From Oscillospiraceae bacterium (GTDB lineage: Bacteria; Bacillota; Clostridia; Oscillospirales; Oscillospiraceae), in assembly GCA_017548065.1 (NCBI GenBank), contig JAFYNQ010000027.1:9872-73871 (forward strand): a stretch of DNA of 64,000 nt, in the 5' to 3' direction. Within the stretch, counting starts at the first letter, position 1; each line of letters opens with the position of its first letter. Made by a program: the position numbers and the translations under genes. Shown one piece after another: positions 19,111 through 29,758 of the stretch. A model generated the notes under the pieces. The model worked only from the letters and a program-made list of their open reading frames with translations, was not told where the DNA came from and made no database searches.

Positions 19111-20445
19111 ATGATTGATTTAGAAATCGCAAAGCTTTGCCAAATCAAGCGCGCCAACACGGATTGGTGGATCAATTCCCGTGCTGTGGTAGGAGAAAAC
19201 GGCAAGACCTATATCGGCTATGTAACAGACACCGGCGAAATTCATGTGAAGGAAATGGATGCCAAATGCGCCAAGGCGGTCAGCCGTGACGTATGTCTGC
19301 GGCGGCTGAACAATGACTATGCCGACGAGCATAATGCCCCCGGATTGTGCGTCCTGCGCTCCGGTCATATTATTGCCGCCTACACCGGTCACGGCCGCAG
19401 CCAAAAATATTTATATTACAGAATCACCGAAAAGCCCTATGACATTATGTCCTTTGGGCCGGAGCAGGTGCTGGAATACGAGGGCGGCACTACCTATGCG
19501 CAAATCTACGAAAATTGCGTGACAAATGAAATCTGGTTGTTCTGCCGTGTGGCAAAGGTGAACTGGCAGTTCCGCTGCTCCCGTGACGGCGGCGCTACCT
19601 GGAGTCAGCCCAAGACCTTCCTCCATTCCGAAAGTGGCGGACTGTTCTATTTTGATATCCGCAAGCAGCACCTCCAGGGCAACAACGGTCGGAACGAGCA
19701 GTTCTTCTTTGCGGTGTACGGTCACCCCCGTATTTCCCTGGATCATACCATCCGCAGCGGCATTTTTGCTTCAAACGGACAGCTGCTGAAAACCGACGGC
19801 ACACCCCTTGATATAAATTTGTACGAAAATGACGGCAGAATGATCGTCCTTTCCCAGCTGGACACGGTGTACACCGCCCCGGAAGGCACAACGGTGCGCC
19901 TTTTGGATGTTGCGCCCACGCTGCCGCTGCGTGTGGGCTTTGCCCCCTTCGTGCTGGATGATGACTTTGCCCCCGATCCTGCCAAGGCATATTATTGCTC
20001 TGCCACGTTTGTAGATGGCAAGTGGGTGGCATCCCAGCCCATCTGCACCGCAGGTGAGTTTCTGGCAAAGGGAGTCATTGACGGCTCGCAGACTTATTTG
20101 GGCGGCATGGCTTATTACTACGGTGTGGGCGAAGCCGGTCTGCGCCGCTACAGTGAAGACCCCAATCACGATCCTGCCACCTTCACCAACCGCATTTACA
20201 TTGCCCGTTTTGACGGCAAGGACAGAGTGCTGGAAAGCTATCTGTCTCAGGATCGTGGCAGAAGCTACAAACTGGAGCAGGTGCTGCGCCGCATCCCCGG
20301 TGAGAAGGATATGAAAATTTGGCGTCCCATCGTGCCGCTGTATGCCCAGGACAACATGCCGGTATACTGGCACGAAGGCCCTTACACCGCCCACAGCGGC
20401 GGCTGGCACTGTGACGTAAAAATGTATGTGGAGTATGATGATTGA
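19111..20445 (+). CDS. BNR-4/Asp-box beta-propeller protein (glycoside hydrolase/lyase-like)
   Basis: DEHNAP motif, TYAQ, Asp-boxes SRDGGATW and SQDRGRSY; start taken at 19111 after RBS. Confidence 0.7.
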   Translation: MIDLEIAKLCQIKRANTDWWINSRAVVGENGKTYIGYVTDTGEIHVKEMDAKCAKAVSRDVCLRRLNNDYADEHNAPGLCVLRSGHIIAAYTGHGRSQKYLYYRITEKPYDIMSFGPEQVLEYEGGTTYAQIYENCVTNEIWLFCRVAKVNWQFRCSRDGGATWSQPKTFLHSESGGLFYFDIRKQHLQGNNGRNEQFFFAVYGHPRISLDHTIRSGIFASNGQLLKTDGTPLDINLYENDGRMIVLSQLDTVYTAPEGTTVRLLDVAPTLPLRVGFAPFVLDDDFAPDPAKAYYCSATFVDGKWVASQPICTAGEFLAKGVIDGSQTYLGGMAYYYGVGEAGLRRYSEDPNHDPATFTNRIYIARFDGKDRVLESYLSQDRGRSYKLEQVLRRIPGEKDMKIWRPIVPLYAQDNMPVYWHEGPYTAHSGGWHCDVKMYVEYDD

Positions 20446-20446
20446 T

Positions 20447-21625
20447 ATGAAAGAAGTAACAATGGTCATTGCCGGCATCGGCGGCTACGGCAGTACGGTG
20501 TTGAAGTTCACCCTGGATAAACTGGAAGGTTGGGGCGTGAAGCTGGTGGGCGCAGTAGACCCTGCCTGGGAGAAAGCCCCTTGCTGGCCGGCGCTGGAGG
20601 CAATGGGTGTACCCCATTTTGACTCTTTGGAGGAATTTTACAAAGACCACAAAGCAGATCTTGCCATGCTCTGCACCCCCATTCAGTTCCATGAGGAGCA
20701 TGCGATTCTTGCCATGCGCAACGGCAGCGATGTGCTTTGTGAGAAGCCCATTGCGGCAACGCTTCCCCAGGCAGAGCATATGGCGCAGGTGGCACAGGAG
20801 ACCGGCAGAAACCTGCATATCGGCTTCCAGCTGTCCTATGTGCCGTCTGTGCTGGAACTGAAAAGGGACATTATGGCAGGTGTATTCGGTGCGCCGATCG
20901 CTTTTAAGACACTGACCTGCTGGCCCAGAAACAGCGATTATTATGCCCGTCCCTGGTGCGCAAGGCTGAAGAAAAACGGGCAGTATGTGCTGGACAGCAT
21001 CGCCATGAATGCCTGCGCCCATTATATGCACGTTTTATACTTCCTGCTGGGCAGCACCATGGAAACCTCTGCCCAGCCGGAATGGCTGGAGGGCATTCTG
21101 TGCCGCGCCAATGACATTGAGACCTTTGACACCGCAGCGCTGCGCATCCGTGCCGCCGGTGCGGAGCTGGACTTCATGGCAACCCACACCTGCCACGAAA
21201 AAGTTGACCCCCAAATTGTTTTGACCTTTGAAAAGGCCGTGATTAAGATTGCGGAAACAAGAGAGGAAGATGCCATCCATGCGGTATTTCATGATGGCAC
21301 GGTGAAGAATTACGGCGCTGTGCGCACAGATTTTTATAACAAGATTCCCTATTGCAGCGACGTGGTGCGTGGACTGAAAAAGCCCATCTGCACCGTGGAA
21401 ACCGCAACACCCCACCTGAAAACCATCAATGCCATTACCCAGCACATCCCGGTGGTCAATCTGCCCGGCTGTAAAAACGAGAATCAGGTGACCGTGGTGG
21501 AGGGCTTGCAGGAATGCTTGCAGGAAGCTTTTGCCGCCGGGAAAATGCCCTGGGAACTGACAGACCGCTTCGGCGCACCCACCCGTGTGGAACTGAAAAA
21601 TTATACTTGGGAGGACAAGCTGTGA
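20447..21625 (+). CDS. Gfo/Idh/MocA family NAD-dependent oxidoreductase
   Basis: GIGGYG Rossmann, VLCEKP, GFQ, NACAH; alternative start 20438. Confidence 0.88.
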   Translation: MKEVTMVIAGIGGYGSTVLKFTLDKLEGWGVKLVGAVDPAWEKAPCWPALEAMGVPHFDSLEEFYKDHKADLAMLCTPIQFHEEHAILAMRNGSDVLCEKPIAATLPQAEHMAQVAQETGRNLHIGFQLSYVPSVLELKRDIMAGVFGAPIAFKTLTCWPRNSDYYARPWCARLKKNGQYVLDSIAMNACAHYMHVLYFLLGSTMETSAQPEWLEGILCRANDIETFDTAALRIRAAGAELDFMATHTCHEKVDPQIVLTFEKAVIKIAETREEDAIHAVFHDGTVKNYGAVRTDFYNKIPYCSDVVRGLKKPICTVETATPHLKTINAITQHIPVVNLPGCKNENQVTVVEGLQECLQEAFAAGKMPWELTDRFGAPTRVELKNYTWEDKL

Positions 21626-22548
21626 AAATTGCCATTGTGGGCGGCTGCGGACATTACCGCTATGTGCTGCAGGAACTGAAAAATCACACCCTTTTGGGCA
21701 TCGCTCCCGGCATCATCGGAGAAAACCTGGACAAGCTGCAGGCAGCGCTTGCCAAAGCCGGCATAGAGGCCGAGGTGTTCTATGACTGGAAAAAGCTGGT
21801 AAAAAATGCGGACGTGGTGGTGGTCAATACAAGACCGGATAAAAATGCCATTGTCAGCACCTACTGTCTGGAGCGTGGCGCCAGGGTGTTTTCCGAGAAG
21901 CCTTTGGCTGTGACTATGGAGCAGCTGGAGATTTTGGGGAATGCTGCGGAAAAAAGCAAGGGAAATATCAGCGCCATGTTGGGCATTCGTTACAGCGGCT
22001 GGTATCTTACGGTGAAAAAGGCGCTGGGACACATTGGTGACATTCGTATGATCAATGCCCAAAAGTCCTACAAGCTGGGTGCCCGTCCCGATTTTTATAA
22101 GAACAAGGCGACCTTCGGCGGCATTATCCCCTGGGTTGCCATCCACGCACTGGACTGGATTCTGGATCTTACCGGCGCAAAGGTCACCGCCATTGGCGCC
22201 GACACCAACAACGGTCATAATAACGACCACGGCGACCTGGAAATGACGGCGCTGTGTCAGCTGCAGCTGGAGGGCGGTATTCTTGCTTCTGTCAGCGCAG
22301 ACTTTTTCCGTCCCGAGGGTGCGCCCACCCATGACGATGACAGAATCCGCATCGTGGGTACAAAGGGCATCCTGGAATATATGGACGGCAAGGTGACGCT
22401 TACAAATGCCGACGGCATCACCCAGCTTCCCCTGGAGGAGGGCGAGGACGTGTTCCGCCTTTTCCTGGAGGACAGCGGCATCACCGAGCAGGACAGCTTC
22501 TATGTTACGGAGCTTGCCCTGAACCTGAATGAAGCTGCCGAGCCTTGA
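21622..22548 (+). CDS. Gfo/Idh/MocA family oxidoreductase
   Basis: GTG start 21622 after GGAGG, overlapping previous stop; VGGCGH, FSEKP, WVAIHALD. Confidence 0.85.
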   Translation: MKIAIVGGCGHYRYVLQELKNHTLLGIAPGIIGENLDKLQAALAKAGIEAEVFYDWKKLVKNADVVVVNTRPDKNAIVSTYCLERGARVFSEKPLAVTMEQLEILGNAAEKSKGNISAMLGIRYSGWYLTVKKALGHIGDIRMINAQKSYKLGARPDFYKNKATFGGIIPWVAIHALDWILDLTGAKVTAIGADTNNGHNNDHGDLEMTALCQLQLEGGILASVSADFFRPEGAPTHDDDRIRIVGTKGILEYMDGKVTLTNADGITQLPLEEGEDVFRLFLEDSGITEQDSFYVTELALNLNEAAEP

Positions 22549-22572
22549 TTTTTTGGGAAGGAAGTGTGACAA

Positions 22573-23895
22573 ATGCTACGAAAAGTATATACCGCTACAG
22601 AGGAATTTCATGCCCAGCAAAAAGAACTGGGACTGGATATGCCGTTCTGTGAAGACACATCTGTTCTTTCCCAGCCTTTGCAGCTGAAGAACAGGATGAT
22701 TCCCAACCGCCTTGCCTGCCAGGCAATGGAGGGCTGCGACGGCACAGCGGACGGCTGCCCCGATACGCTGACCGTCCGCCGCTATGACCGCTTTGCCAGG
22801 GGCGGTGCAGGTCTTATTTGGTTTGAAGCCACAGCGGTCATGGAGGAGGGAAGAGCCAACCCCCGTCAGCTGTGGATCCATAAGGACAATGTGGATGCCT
22901 TTGCCCGTCAGGTGGACAGAATCCGGGAAACCGCCCTCCGGGAAAACGGCTATGCCCCCATGATCGTCATGCAGGCTACCCATTCCGGGCGCTACAGCAA
23001 GCCCCATGGCGCACCTGCGCCTTTGATTGCTTACAATAACCCCATTTTTGAAAAGGATGCCCCCATTGCGGAAAGCCGCATCGTCACCGATGACCACATT
23101 GACCGCATCGGAGAGGCGTTGGTGGAAGCTGCCGTGCTGGCAGAGAAAGCAGGCTTTGACGGTGTGGATATCAAGTGCTGCCATCGGTATCTGAACAGTG
23201 AGCTGCTTTCTGCCTACAACCGTCCCGGTCGCTACGGCGGCAGCTTTGAAAACCGCACAAGATTACTCCGGGAGAGCATTGCCGGCGCAAAGGAAAGCTG
23301 CGGCAGTGACTTTACGGTCACCTCCCGATTGAATGTCTATGACGGCTTCCCTTACCCCTACGGCTTCGGTGTTGCCACAGATGGCAGCCTGGATTTTGAC
23401 CCCACCGAGCCTGAAAAGCTTTTGCAGGAGTTGTCCGGCATGGGGGTGGAGCTTCTGAATATCACCATGGGCAACCCCTATTTCAATCCCCATGTGAACC
23501 GCCCCTTTGTGCTGGGCGGCTATGAAGCCCCGGAGCATCCTTTGACGGGTGTGGCACGTATGCTGCAGGGCATTGCCCGATTGAAGCAGGCAGTGCCGGA
23601 GATGAAGATCATCAGCTCCGCCATGTCCTACCTGGGCGTGGCAGCGCCCCACGTGGCGGCAGGCTTTGTGAACGGCGGCGGCTTTGACATTGCCGGCTTT
23701 GGCAGAACCATTTTTGCCTACCCGGACTTTGCGAAGGAAATTTTGAAAAACGGCAAAATGGATGCCAAAAAGCTTTGCATCTGCTGCTCCAAATGCACGG
23801 GGATCATGCGTTGCCCCGGCGGCACTCCCGGCTGTGTCATCCGGGATGCAGAGGTGTATAAGCCCATTTACGACCAACTGGTAAGAGGTGTGTAA
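22573..23895 (+). CDS. Old-yellow-enzyme-type flavin oxidoreductase with C-terminal Cys cluster
   Basis: PNRL, ARGGAGLIWFEAT, THSGR, AGFDGVDIKCCHRYL, YGGSFENR; CICCSKC...C. Confidence 0.85.
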   Translation: MLRKVYTATEEFHAQQKELGLDMPFCEDTSVLSQPLQLKNRMIPNRLACQAMEGCDGTADGCPDTLTVRRYDRFARGGAGLIWFEATAVMEEGRANPRQLWIHKDNVDAFARQVDRIRETALRENGYAPMIVMQATHSGRYSKPHGAPAPLIAYNNPIFEKDAPIAESRIVTDDHIDRIGEALVEAAVLAEKAGFDGVDIKCCHRYLNSELLSAYNRPGRYGGSFENRTRLLRESIAGAKESCGSDFTVTSRLNVYDGFPYPYGFGVATDGSLDFDPTEPEKLLQELSGMGVELLNITMGNPYFNPHVNRPFVLGGYEAPEHPLTGVARMLQGIARLKQAVPEMKIISSAMSYLGVAAPHVAAGFVNGGGFDIAGFGRTIFAYPDFAKEILKNGKMDAKKLCICCSKCTGIMRCPGGTPGCVIRDAEVYKPIYDQLVRGV

Positions 23896-23896
23896 T

Positions 23897-24619
23897 ATGA
23901 AAACAGCCATTGTGACCGGCGCTGCTTCCGGCATCGGTCTTGCCATTGCCAAAAAATTTGCGGAAAACGGCTATCAGGTCTACGGCATGAGCCGCCGTGA
24001 GACCGGGCCTTCCTTTGAAAATTTCACTTATATATCCGGCGACATCTCCAATACCGCTGACAGAGAGCGCTTGGTGGCAGCAGCAGGAAAGGTGGATGTG
24101 CTGGTAAATTCTGCCGGTGTTGCACCCAAGGTGCGTGCGGATCTTCTGGACATGACAGAGGAGAGCTACGATTACTGCATGGATATCAACACCCGTGGCG
24201 CTTTCTTTCTCACCCAGCTGGTGGCAAAGAAAATGCTGGAGAACGAAGAGATAAACGGCATTCGTGGCTATATTTGCAGCGTTTCCTCCATTTCTGCCTA
24301 CACAAGCTCTGTAAACCGTGGAGAATACTGCATTTCCAAGGCAGGTCTTTCCATGGTCACCCAATTATTTGCTGACCGCCTGGCAGAGTACGGCATTCCC
24401 GTGAATGAGGTGCGCCCGGGCATCATCGCCACGGATATGACATCCAAAGTACAGGGGAAATATGATGACCTGATCGCCGGCGGCTTGCTGCCCATTTCCC
24501 GTTGGGGTCAGCCGGAGGACATTGCCGCCGCCGTATGGACGCTGTGCAACGGCAGCCTTCCCTATATGACCGGGCAGGTCATCAACACCGACGGTGGTTT
24601 TCACCTGAGAAGACTGTAA
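23897..24619 (+). CDS. SDR family oxidoreductase
   Basis: TGAASGIG, NSAG, YCISK (YxxxK), RPGIIATDM. Confidence 0.9.
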   Translation: MKTAIVTGAASGIGLAIAKKFAENGYQVYGMSRRETGPSFENFTYISGDISNTADRERLVAAAGKVDVLVNSAGVAPKVRADLLDMTEESYDYCMDINTRGAFFLTQLVAKKMLENEEINGIRGYICSVSSISAYTSSVNRGEYCISKAGLSMVTQLFADRLAEYGIPVNEVRPGIIATDMTSKVQGKYDDLIAGGLLPISRWGQPEDIAAAVWTLCNGSLPYMTGQVINTDGGFHLRRL

Positions 24620-24633
24620 AGGACGGTCAGCCT

Positions 24634-26430
24634 ATGTTTACAAAATGGTTGCAGGAAAATCAGCTTGCAGAGATCCGCTTTGACGGCGTTTTGTTTCCTA
24701 CGGCGGCAGACAGGGAATTCTGGAGCGGTTGTACCGGCGCGGAAGAGATCGCACAGGCAGAAAAATATCTGAATTTTGACTGGCCCTTGCTGCGGGCAAG
24801 TCATTTTCTGAAATTCAGCAAAGAGGGCGACCGCCTTGCCTACGAAGGTCCCTACTTTGCCCGACGGGATGCGCTGGCATGGCTTCTGCTGGGAGAACTG
24901 GCAGAATACAAAGGCCGTTTCTTGCCGGAACTTTGCGACGGCATCTTTCTTGTCTGCGAGGAATCTTACTGGGGTCTTTCTGCCCACCTGTGGGGAAGAC
25001 AGCTGCCGCCGGTGGAGGAACCGCTGATCGACCTGTATGCCTCGGAAACGGCGGAATTTATGGCAGTGCTGCGCTACCTGATGGCAGATGCGCTGGAAAG
25101 CTACTGTCCTGCCCTTTTGCAGAGGCTGGACTATGAACTGCAGCGGCGCATTGTAACGCCCTACCTGAACCGTAAGGACCTTGTATGGATGGGCTACGAA
25201 AAACGGGTAAACAACTGGAACCCATGGATCCTGTCCAATATTCTCACCGTATTTCTCCTGCAAGTAAAGGACAGGCAAGTCCTGAATGCCGGTATTGAGA
25301 AAATGTTCACAGAACTGGATCATTATTATATCCCCATGCCCCAAGACGGCGGCTGCGACGAAGGCCCCAATTACTGGGACGTGGCAGGTGGCAGACTGTT
25401 TGTGTTCTGCGACCGGCTGTTTGTGTTTTCCGGTGGCAAAATAAACTTCTTCGGAGATGAAAAACTGCGAAAGATCCTGCAGTTTTTGGTACATTCCTAT
25501 ATTTCCGGCTGCCGCTTTGCCAACTTTGCCGATGGCAGCAGCCGCATTATGGATAATAACGACTATATTCTCTACGTAAACGGTTTGCGGATCGGTGACC
25601 CTCGCCTTTGCGCTTTGGCAGCTTCTATGAAAAAAGCGCAGGCCGCAGAAGCACCCCTGTGGACACGCCGCCTGACGGCACTGTGCGGTGAGCTTTACGG
25701 CAGGATCTACAGTAAAGAAATTGATAGCTACACCGCCGCTTTCCATGGAGAGATCACGGTATTGGAGGACACCCAGCTGGCGTTTTTCCGAAACCACCGC
25801 TGGTACTGCGCCGCAAAGGGCGGCTATAATGCAGAGAGCCATAACCATAATGACGTTGCCGGTTTTATGTTGTACTTTGACGGACAGCCGGTGCTGGTGG
25901 ACCCCGGTTGCGGTGTGTACCGAAAAGAGACATTCCAGCCGGCGCTGCGTTATAGGATATGGACGATGCAGTCCTGCTGGCACAATCTGCCCACTGTAAA
26001 CGGACAGGATCAGTGCTTTGGCAGAGAATACAGGGCAGACAGTTTTCAGATCAATGGAGAGACATTGGATATCTCCTTTGCAGATACCTACGGGGCGGAA
26101 AGCGGCTTGCAGTCTGCCTGCAGAAATATCGCCCTGACAGAAACCGGCTTGCAGGTGCGGGACAGTTTTGTTTTCTCCGGTCTGTCCAATACCCTGACGG
26201 AAAATTTTATCACGCCGCTTCTTCCTGTGGTCACGGAAAAAGGGGTGCTGTTGGGAGAAAAATTCCTGCTGACTGTACCGACATCCTGTCATATTCAGAT
26301 CGACCGGCAGGAGATCGCGCAGGATAAAAAACTGTTTGCCGACTGGAAGACAGAGGCGCTTTACCGGCTCCGTGTGGGATTTGAATGTGAAAATACATGG
26401 AAGGGAACCTTTACCCTTCAGGTGGTGTAA
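24634..26430 (+). CDS. Heparinase II/III-like protein (polysaccharide lyase fold)
   Basis: NNWNPW, DGGCDEGPNYW, NFADG, SHNHND, VDPG, QSCWHNLP motifs. Confidence 0.8.
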   Translation: MFTKWLQENQLAEIRFDGVLFPTAADREFWSGCTGAEEIAQAEKYLNFDWPLLRASHFLKFSKEGDRLAYEGPYFARRDALAWLLLGELAEYKGRFLPELCDGIFLVCEESYWGLSAHLWGRQLPPVEEPLIDLYASETAEFMAVLRYLMADALESYCPALLQRLDYELQRRIVTPYLNRKDLVWMGYEKRVNNWNPWILSNILTVFLLQVKDRQVLNAGIEKMFTELDHYYIPMPQDGGCDEGPNYWDVAGGRLFVFCDRLFVFSGGKINFFGDEKLRKILQFLVHSYISGCRFANFADGSSRIMDNNDYILYVNGLRIGDPRLCALAASMKKAQAAEAPLWTRRLTALCGELYGRIYSKEIDSYTAAFHGEITVLEDTQLAFFRNHRWYCAAKGGYNAESHNHNDVAGFMLYFDGQPVLVDPGCGVYRKETFQPALRYRIWTMQSCWHNLPTVNGQDQCFGREYRADSFQINGETLDISFADTYGAESGLQSACRNIALTETGLQVRDSFVFSGLSNTLTENFITPLLPVVTEKGVLLGEKFLLTVPTSCHIQIDRQEIAQDKKLFADWKTEALYRLRVGFECENTWKGTFTLQVV

Positions 26431-26432
26431 GT

Positions 26433-29054
26433 ATGGAATCAGGACTTGTGAGTATTTCTTTTCGGGATCGTAGACCGGAAGAAATTTTAAAGGAAATGAA
26501 AAAAGCAGGTCTTACCTGCATTGAGTGGGGCAGTGATGTCCACGCCCCCTGTGATGACGGGGAAAACCTGAAAAAACTGGCGCAAATGCAGGAAAAATAC
26601 GGTGTTCATTGCTGCGCCTACGGAACGTATTTCCGTTTGGGCGTTACCCCTGTGGAAGAATTGCCTCTTTATATTCAGGCGGCAAAGCATTTGGGAACGG
26701 ACATCCTGCGCTTGTGGTGCGGTGATAAAAACAGTGAGGATTACAGCACAGAGGAAAAAGAAGCGCTGTTTGCCCAATGCCGCGCCGCTGCTGACATGGC
26801 TGCCGCGGCCAGTGTGACTCTGTGCATGGAGTGCCATGATAAGACCTATACAAACCGGAAGACCGCAGCTTTGGAACTGATGGAAGCGGTGGCTTCGCCT
26901 GCTTTCCGGATGTACTGGCAACCGAACCGGTACCGTACAGTTGCGGAAAATCTGGACTACGCAAAAAGCATTGCCCCCTATACGAAGCATCTGCACGTAT
27001 TCAACTGGCAGGAGAAGCTGCGTTTCCCCTTGAAAGAGGCAAAAGACATCTGGCGGCAGTACATTGCCTGTTTTTCCGGTGAACATAAATTACTGCTGGA
27101 ATTCATGCCGGATAACAAACTGGATTCTCTTGCGGAGGAGGCGAAGGCGTTGCAGGACATTGTTATGTATAAAAACAGCTTTGAATGCATCGTGGTGGGA
27201 ACAGGCGCTGCCGGTTATAATGCTGCCTGCCGGTTAAAGCAACAGGGAAAGGACGTTGCCATTATTACAGAAGGCGTGCTGACCGGCACCTCCCGAAATA
27301 CCGGGTCGGACAAGCAGACCTATTACAAGCTGACTCTCTCCGGGGACACCCGGGACAGCGTGCAGCTGATGGCGGAAAATCTGTTTGCCGGCGGCAGCAC
27401 CGACGGTGACAATGCCCTTTGCGAGGCGGCGCTGTCTGTGCGTTGCTTCATGCATCTGTGTGAACTGGGCGTACCCTTCCCGGTGAACCGCTACGGAGAA
27501 TACGTGGGCTACAAAACAGACCATGACCCCTATCAAAGAGCCACCTCCGCAGGCCCGCTTACCTCAAAATTCATGACAGAAGCCCTGGAAAAAGAGGCAA
27601 AAGCCTTGTGTGTTCCGGTGCTGGATGGACTGCTGGCAGTGGAAATTTTAAAAGACGAAGACCGTGTCTGCGGACTTCTTTGCATAGAAAAGAAAAGCGG
27701 CAAGCCGGTGGCTTACCGCTGTGGCGACCTGGTGCTTTGCACCGGCGGTCCCGGTGGTATTTATGCGGATTCTGTGTACCCCCTGGGTCACACCGGCACC
27801 ACCTCCCTGGCGCTGCTTGCCGGAGCAAAGGCGCAGAATCTGACCTTGTGGCAGTTTGGCCTTGCCTCTACCAAGCCTCGCTGGAATGTGTCCGGCAGCT
27901 ACATGCAGGTGCTGCCCCGATTCGTGTCGGTGGATGACACGGGGGCAGAGCATGAATTTCTGCTGGAATATTTTGCTTCCCCGGAGGAAGCTCTTTCCAT
28001 GGTGTTTTTGAAGGGCTACCAGTGGCCCTTTGACTCTCAAAAGGTGCTGGCGGGCTCTTCTGTCATTGACCTGCTGGTGTACCGGGAGTGCGTGCTTCGG
28101 GGCAGAAAGGTCTATCTGGACTTCACCCGAAATCCCTTCGGTGGCATTGCCTATGAGAAGCTGTCCCCGGAGGCGAAAGACTACCTGGAAAAAGCCGGTG
28201 TCTGCTTCGGCACGCCCATAGAGCGGCTTGCTAAAATGAATGCCCCTGCCATTGCGTTGTATAAGAGCAAGGGTGTGGATATTGAAAAGGAATACCTGCA
28301 GATCGCGCTGTGCGCCCAGCACTGTAACGGCGGCATCAGCGTGGACAGCTGGTGGCAGACGGAGATTCCCGGTCTGTTTGTGGCCGGTGAAGCTGCCGGT
28401 ACGCACGGTATCTCCCGTCCCGGCGGCTCGGCTCTGAATGCAGGTCAGGTAGGCTCACTGCGTGCTGCTACCTATATTGCCCACCGGGGCAATAAGCTTC
28501 CGGAAGAAAATCGCTTTTTGCCTATTGCGCAGCGTGCATTAAAATGGTATGATGAGGAAGGCAGCCGTGTGCTGCAGAATCCCGACAATGTGCAAAGCTG
28601 CCTGGAGGCGGCAACAAAACGGATGAGCAGTCATGCCGGTGCGTTGCGGAAGGCAGAAGACATGGAAAACCTGCTGCAGCAGACCCAAAGGGAACTGGAA
28701 ACCCTGCCGGAGACGGTGGGAACCGGCGCTGCGGACAAGCTTTACCGCTACTATAAGCTGCGGGATATCCTGCTGACCCAGTGTGCGGTGCTGACGGCGA
28801 TGCTGCACTGGTGCAGCTCCCGGGGCATCACCTGCGGCTCTGCGCTGTATTATGCGCCGGAGGGCGAGAAATCGGAGGCGCTGGAGGAGCGCTTCCGCTT
28901 TGTGCCGGGAAAAGCGGGAGAAAGCATACAGACGGTGCAGAAAACAGAAAACGGCTTCTGCGCCCACTGGCGCTCTGTGCGACCCATCCCAAAGAACGAG
29001 GATTTCTTTGAAAATGTATGGCGCAGCTATCGGGAGAATCAGAACGTTTATTAA
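26433..29054 (+). CDS. Fusion: xylose-isomerase-like TIM barrel (sugar-phosphate isomerase/epimerase) + FAD-binding oxidoreductase (SdhA/FrdA/NadB-like)
   Basis: N-part IEWGSDVH, MECH, HLHV, LLEF; C-part from ~27165 VVGTGAAG, YKTDHD, QHCNGG, AGEAAG, RPGGSALN. Confidence 0.75.
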   Translation: MESGLVSISFRDRRPEEILKEMKKAGLTCIEWGSDVHAPCDDGENLKKLAQMQEKYGVHCCAYGTYFRLGVTPVEELPLYIQAAKHLGTDILRLWCGDKNSEDYSTEEKEALFAQCRAAADMAAAASVTLCMECHDKTYTNRKTAALELMEAVASPAFRMYWQPNRYRTVAENLDYAKSIAPYTKHLHVFNWQEKLRFPLKEAKDIWRQYIACFSGEHKLLLEFMPDNKLDSLAEEAKALQDIVMYKNSFECIVVGTGAAGYNAACRLKQQGKDVAIITEGVLTGTSRNTGSDKQTYYKLTLSGDTRDSVQLMAENLFAGGSTDGDNALCEAALSVRCFMHLCELGVPFPVNRYGEYVGYKTDHDPYQRATSAGPLTSKFMTEALEKEAKALCVPVLDGLLAVEILKDEDRVCGLLCIEKKSGKPVAYRCGDLVLCTGGPGGIYADSVYPLGHTGTTSLALLAGAKAQNLTLWQFGLASTKPRWNVSGSYMQVLPRFVSVDDTGAEHEFLLEYFASPEEALSMVFLKGYQWPFDSQKVLAGSSVIDLLVYRECVLRGRKVYLDFTRNPFGGIAYEKLSPEAKDYLEKAGVCFGTPIERLAKMNAPAIALYKSKGVDIEKEYLQIALCAQHCNGGISVDSWWQTEIPGLFVAGEAAGTHGISRPGGSALNAGQVGSLRAATYIAHRGNKLPEENRFLPIAQRALKWYDEEGSRVLQNPDNVQSCLEAATKRMSSHAGALRKAEDMENLLQQTQRELETLPETVGTGAADKLYRYYKLRDILLTQCAVLTAMLHWCSSRGITCGSALYYAPEGEKSEALEERFRFVPGKAGESIQTVQKTENGFCAHWRSVRPIPKNEDFFENVWRSYRENQNVY

Positions 29055-29066
29055 GGAGACAAGCCT

Positions 29067-29741
29067 ATGCAATACGGAAGCACCATTGGCATGAAATTTT
29101 ATGAGGACGGACGTGTCCGTCAGTTTAAAGGAAATACGGTGGTGGCGGACGTTGTGCCGGGTAGCGGCGCCTATGAGACCATGTGTGCCTTGCGGCAGAT
29201 GGTCATAGATGCCGGGCTGGAGGACTACCTGATTTTGATGCCCGAGGACAGCTATCACATCACCTACATCAGCGGCTTCAACGATCAGCAGCGCATTGAC
29301 GGCTTCTGGCCGGAGGACAGTGTGTTTCCCCGTACAGCCACCATGGAGGAGGCAGACGATTATGTGTCTGCTGCCGTTGAACGTGTGGGAATCCCCCAGC
29401 CTGCCCGTATGAAATTTGACAACGTGGGTTGGGGCGCAGGCTGCTGCATTATCCGTGTGAAGCCTGCAGATGAGCAGGAGCATAAGCGCCTCTATGAATT
29501 CCGTGATAACGCTGCCGATGAAATGGGTGTCCGCCGTGACAACCATGAAAATTACCGTTTCCATATTACCCTGGGCTATACCCGTGTTGTCCCCGAGGGG
29601 GAGGCAGCCCAGCGGAAGCAGGCGCTGAAGGAAGCCATGGAAGCGCTGATGGCAAAGCAGCCGGAATTTTTAACTACCCAGGCATATATGGCATATTTTG
29701 ACGATATGTATTATTTTTCCCCCACAAGAATTCCCAGATAA
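29067..29741 (+). CDS. 2H-phosphodiesterase-fold protein (DUF1868-like)
   Basis: KF..DG....F.GNTVV N-terminus; two HxT motifs (YHIT, FHIT). Confidence 0.75.
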   Translation: MQYGSTIGMKFYEDGRVRQFKGNTVVADVVPGSGAYETMCALRQMVIDAGLEDYLILMPEDSYHITYISGFNDQQRIDGFWPEDSVFPRTATMEEADDYVSAAVERVGIPQPARMKFDNVGWGAGCCIIRVKPADEQEHKRLYEFRDNAADEMGVRRDNHENYRFHITLGYTRVVPEGEAAQRKQALKEAMEALMAKQPEFLTTQAYMAYFDDMYYFSPTRIPR

Positions 29742-29758
29742 CAGCAGCATGAGAGGAG

